Below, piece after piece: positions 59,760 through 61,137 of a DNA stretch of 61,137 bases (positions within the stretch are counted from its first letter, which is position 1; every line of letters starts with the position of its first letter). A program made the translations under genes and the position numbers. The notes under the pieces were generated by a model, which was given only the letters and a program-made list of their open reading frames with translations, was not told the origin of the DNA and did not search any database. Source of the DNA: Verrucomicrobiota bacterium (GTDB lineage: Bacteria > Verrucomicrobiota > Verrucomicrobiia > Verrucomicrobiales > Akkermansiaceae); the NCBI GenBank assembly GCA_039186735.1, contig JBCCZX010000001.1, forward strand, positions 1-61,137, given 5' to 3'.

Positions 59760-60218
59760 ATGGATGCCGTAATCATTAAGCAAAATCGCTCTAACAGTTG
59801 GACAGCTTTTGGTATTCTCCTAGCACTAGTTCTTCTGACTGTTTCAGCTATAGGAATTGTAGCAGCTTGGCCAATCAGTCTTTCGTTTGAGTGGTTTTTG
59901 CTTCCTTTACTGTTTATTGGTTCTCTCGTGCTTGGTGCTAACTACGTTTATTGGATGCTTTCTCCACGCGAAACGGCTTTTTCGGTCAGCCCCAACCAGA
60001 TCAATATCGAAGATCAACCCGTATTTCGTAGGATTACCCGATCATTCGAGCCTTCGGATGTTGTTGAGATTGTCTACAACAGTGAATCGTCCTCTTATCT
60101 AAGAACTGGTGATGGGAAGCGGCATTTATTAAGTGATATTCTGATGATGAAGAGGGATGCTATATTTTTAGCGGTTTCCAAATTTCATCCAGAGATTCAG
60201 CTTACAGAAAACAACTGA
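59760..60218 (+). CDS. Cassette 7: two-TM membrane protein with small C-terminal domain
   Basis: Two hydrophobic helices; AT-rich. Confidence 0.72.
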   Translation: MDAVIIKQNRSNSWTAFGILLALVLLTVSAIGIVAAWPISLSFEWFLLPLLFIGSLVLGANYVYWMLSPRETAFSVSPNQINIEDQPVFRRITRSFEPSDVVEIVYNSESSSYLRTGDGKRHLLSDILMMKRDAIFLAVSKFHPEIQLTENN

Positions 60219-60349
60219 CAGAACAAGCGGATGGTGGCAACCAGATACAGCGTAGAGTTTTCGGAGACTGTCTTGCTTCTTTGAGAGGGTTTTGGTATTC
60301 AAAAGTCATCAGGCGTCATGTATCTGGCGCCACACCTCTGACGTTGTGC
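60218..60349 (+). repeat. attC7
   Basis: ACAGAAC...CCAGATACA / TGTATCTGG...GTTGTGC. Confidence 0.88.
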
Positions 60350-60355
60350 CAAAAA

Positions 60356-60754
60356 ATGTGGACTCCCTACACAGAGCGGAATGGGCGACGCCCTGACTTC
60401 CGAGTGAGCTACCGCTTCATCCCTCACGATGACGGAGGGAGGGTGCAGCGCCCATACCAAGGCTACCGTTCAGATTTCCTCTACGAGGGCGAAGATCCAC
60501 AGACGGATGGCATCTACATGATTTGGCCCGAGTTTCTGAATCCCGACGGATCAGTGATGCTCGAAGATCAGACGATGGTGCCGGAGACTGGCGAGGCTTA
60601 CATGTGGATTCTTTACTACGACAGGATGCGTGATTACCACAGTGAGCAAGCTACCCCTGGCCGGCGCGGATGGTTCATGGAGGGGTCACGCAAGGTGGCA
60701 GAAGCAACGATTCTTGAGCAGATTGCTTTGGCCGAACCCCTTCCAGCGAAGTGA
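60356..60754 (+). CDS. Cassette 8: stand-alone EF-Tu domain III-like protein
   Basis: ATG 60356; F...DGGR..RP.QGYRSDF and FMEGSRKVA.A.I echo EF-Tu EGGRHTPF..GYRPQF and REGGRTVG.G.V. Confidence 0.6.
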   Translation: MWTPYTERNGRRPDFRVSYRFIPHDDGGRVQRPYQGYRSDFLYEGEDPQTDGIYMIWPEFLNPDGSVMLEDQTMVPETGEAYMWILYYDRMRDYHSEQATPGRRGWFMEGSRKVAEATILEQIALAEPLPAK

Positions 60755-60776
60755 CCACACACGAATATAAACCAAG

Positions 60777-60902
60777 GCACAACAAGGCGTCGCACCACAA
60801 TCCGCTACCCGCTCCGAGTTCAATTTCTTGGGATCACTACAACCTTAAACCTGTGTCGAAGCCCCGCTCCCGGTAGCGGATGTGTGGACTCTGACGTTCC
60901 CA
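60777..60902 (+). repeat. attC8
   Basis: GCACAAC...ATCCGCTACC / GGTAGCGGAT...GTTCCCA. Confidence 0.88.
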
Positions 60903-60911
60903 AAAAATCCG

Positions 60912-61137
60912 ATGAAGAGCATCGCCGTTGCCCTCAGTCTGACTGGCATTGCGTTCCTCCTTGGCTCATTGGGCTATCTCGTGATTTCGCGCCTGCTGGG
61001 GGCGGCGTTCGGAGGACTGTTCCGGATGTTCATGTATCATGAGACGCATCCATTCCAATACATAGGGATCGTTGCCATTGTGTTCGGAATCATCGGTGCG
61101 GCATGGGTTCGACTTTTTGATGTAATTGAAGGATGGA
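60912..61137 (+). CDS. Cassette 9: membrane protein, truncated by the window edge
   Basis: Manual translation MKSIAVALSLTGIAFLLGSLGYLV...GIVAIVFGIIGAAW, open to the end. Confidence 0.7.
   Translation, partial: MKSIAVALSLTGIAFLLGSLGYLVISRLLGAAFGGLFRMFMYHETHPFQYIGIVAIVFGIIGAAWVRLFDVIEGW

Noticed and set aside
56837-60902. Periodic repeats as a CRISPR array
   Set aside because: Repeats are 96-132 bp imperfect palindromes separated by whole genes, i.e. attC sites; no cas genes

Overview
Bacterial chromosomal window, most likely Verrucomicrobiota (inferred from the PEP-CTERM protein, SHD1 domains, giant pseudopilin-like gene and sulfatases). Left (1-12.8 kb): an AT-richer glycan-associated block with a GH2 beta-galactosidase, a propeller sensor kinase plus NarL-type regulator, a secreted duplicated-domain protein, a giant PilX/Verru_Chthon-A-like gene split by one in-frame UGA, and a partner gene. 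Middle: dapA-dapB-[RAYT-folK fusion]-expansin-panB, two sulfatases, a second GH2, an 8-gene MoxR/DUF58/vWA/DUF4159/TPR-peptidase operon, a second RAYT with its own REPs, fumC, trmD, a pentaheme cytochrome, dnaB and smc. Three genes that the ORF track splits at TGA read as intact UxxC redox selenoproteins with SECIS-like hairpins: one AhpC/Prx-like gene and a tandem pair of exported SHD1-thioredoxins. Right end: a 279-bp MITE and an integron (intI, attI, 8 complete cassettes plus a ninth running off the edge) with non-canonical attC cores, a PEP-CTERM first cassette and Verrucomicrobia-type LexA boxes over the intI start. No rRNA, tRNA or CRISPR array was seen. All family calls come from motif recognition by eye, not database searches.
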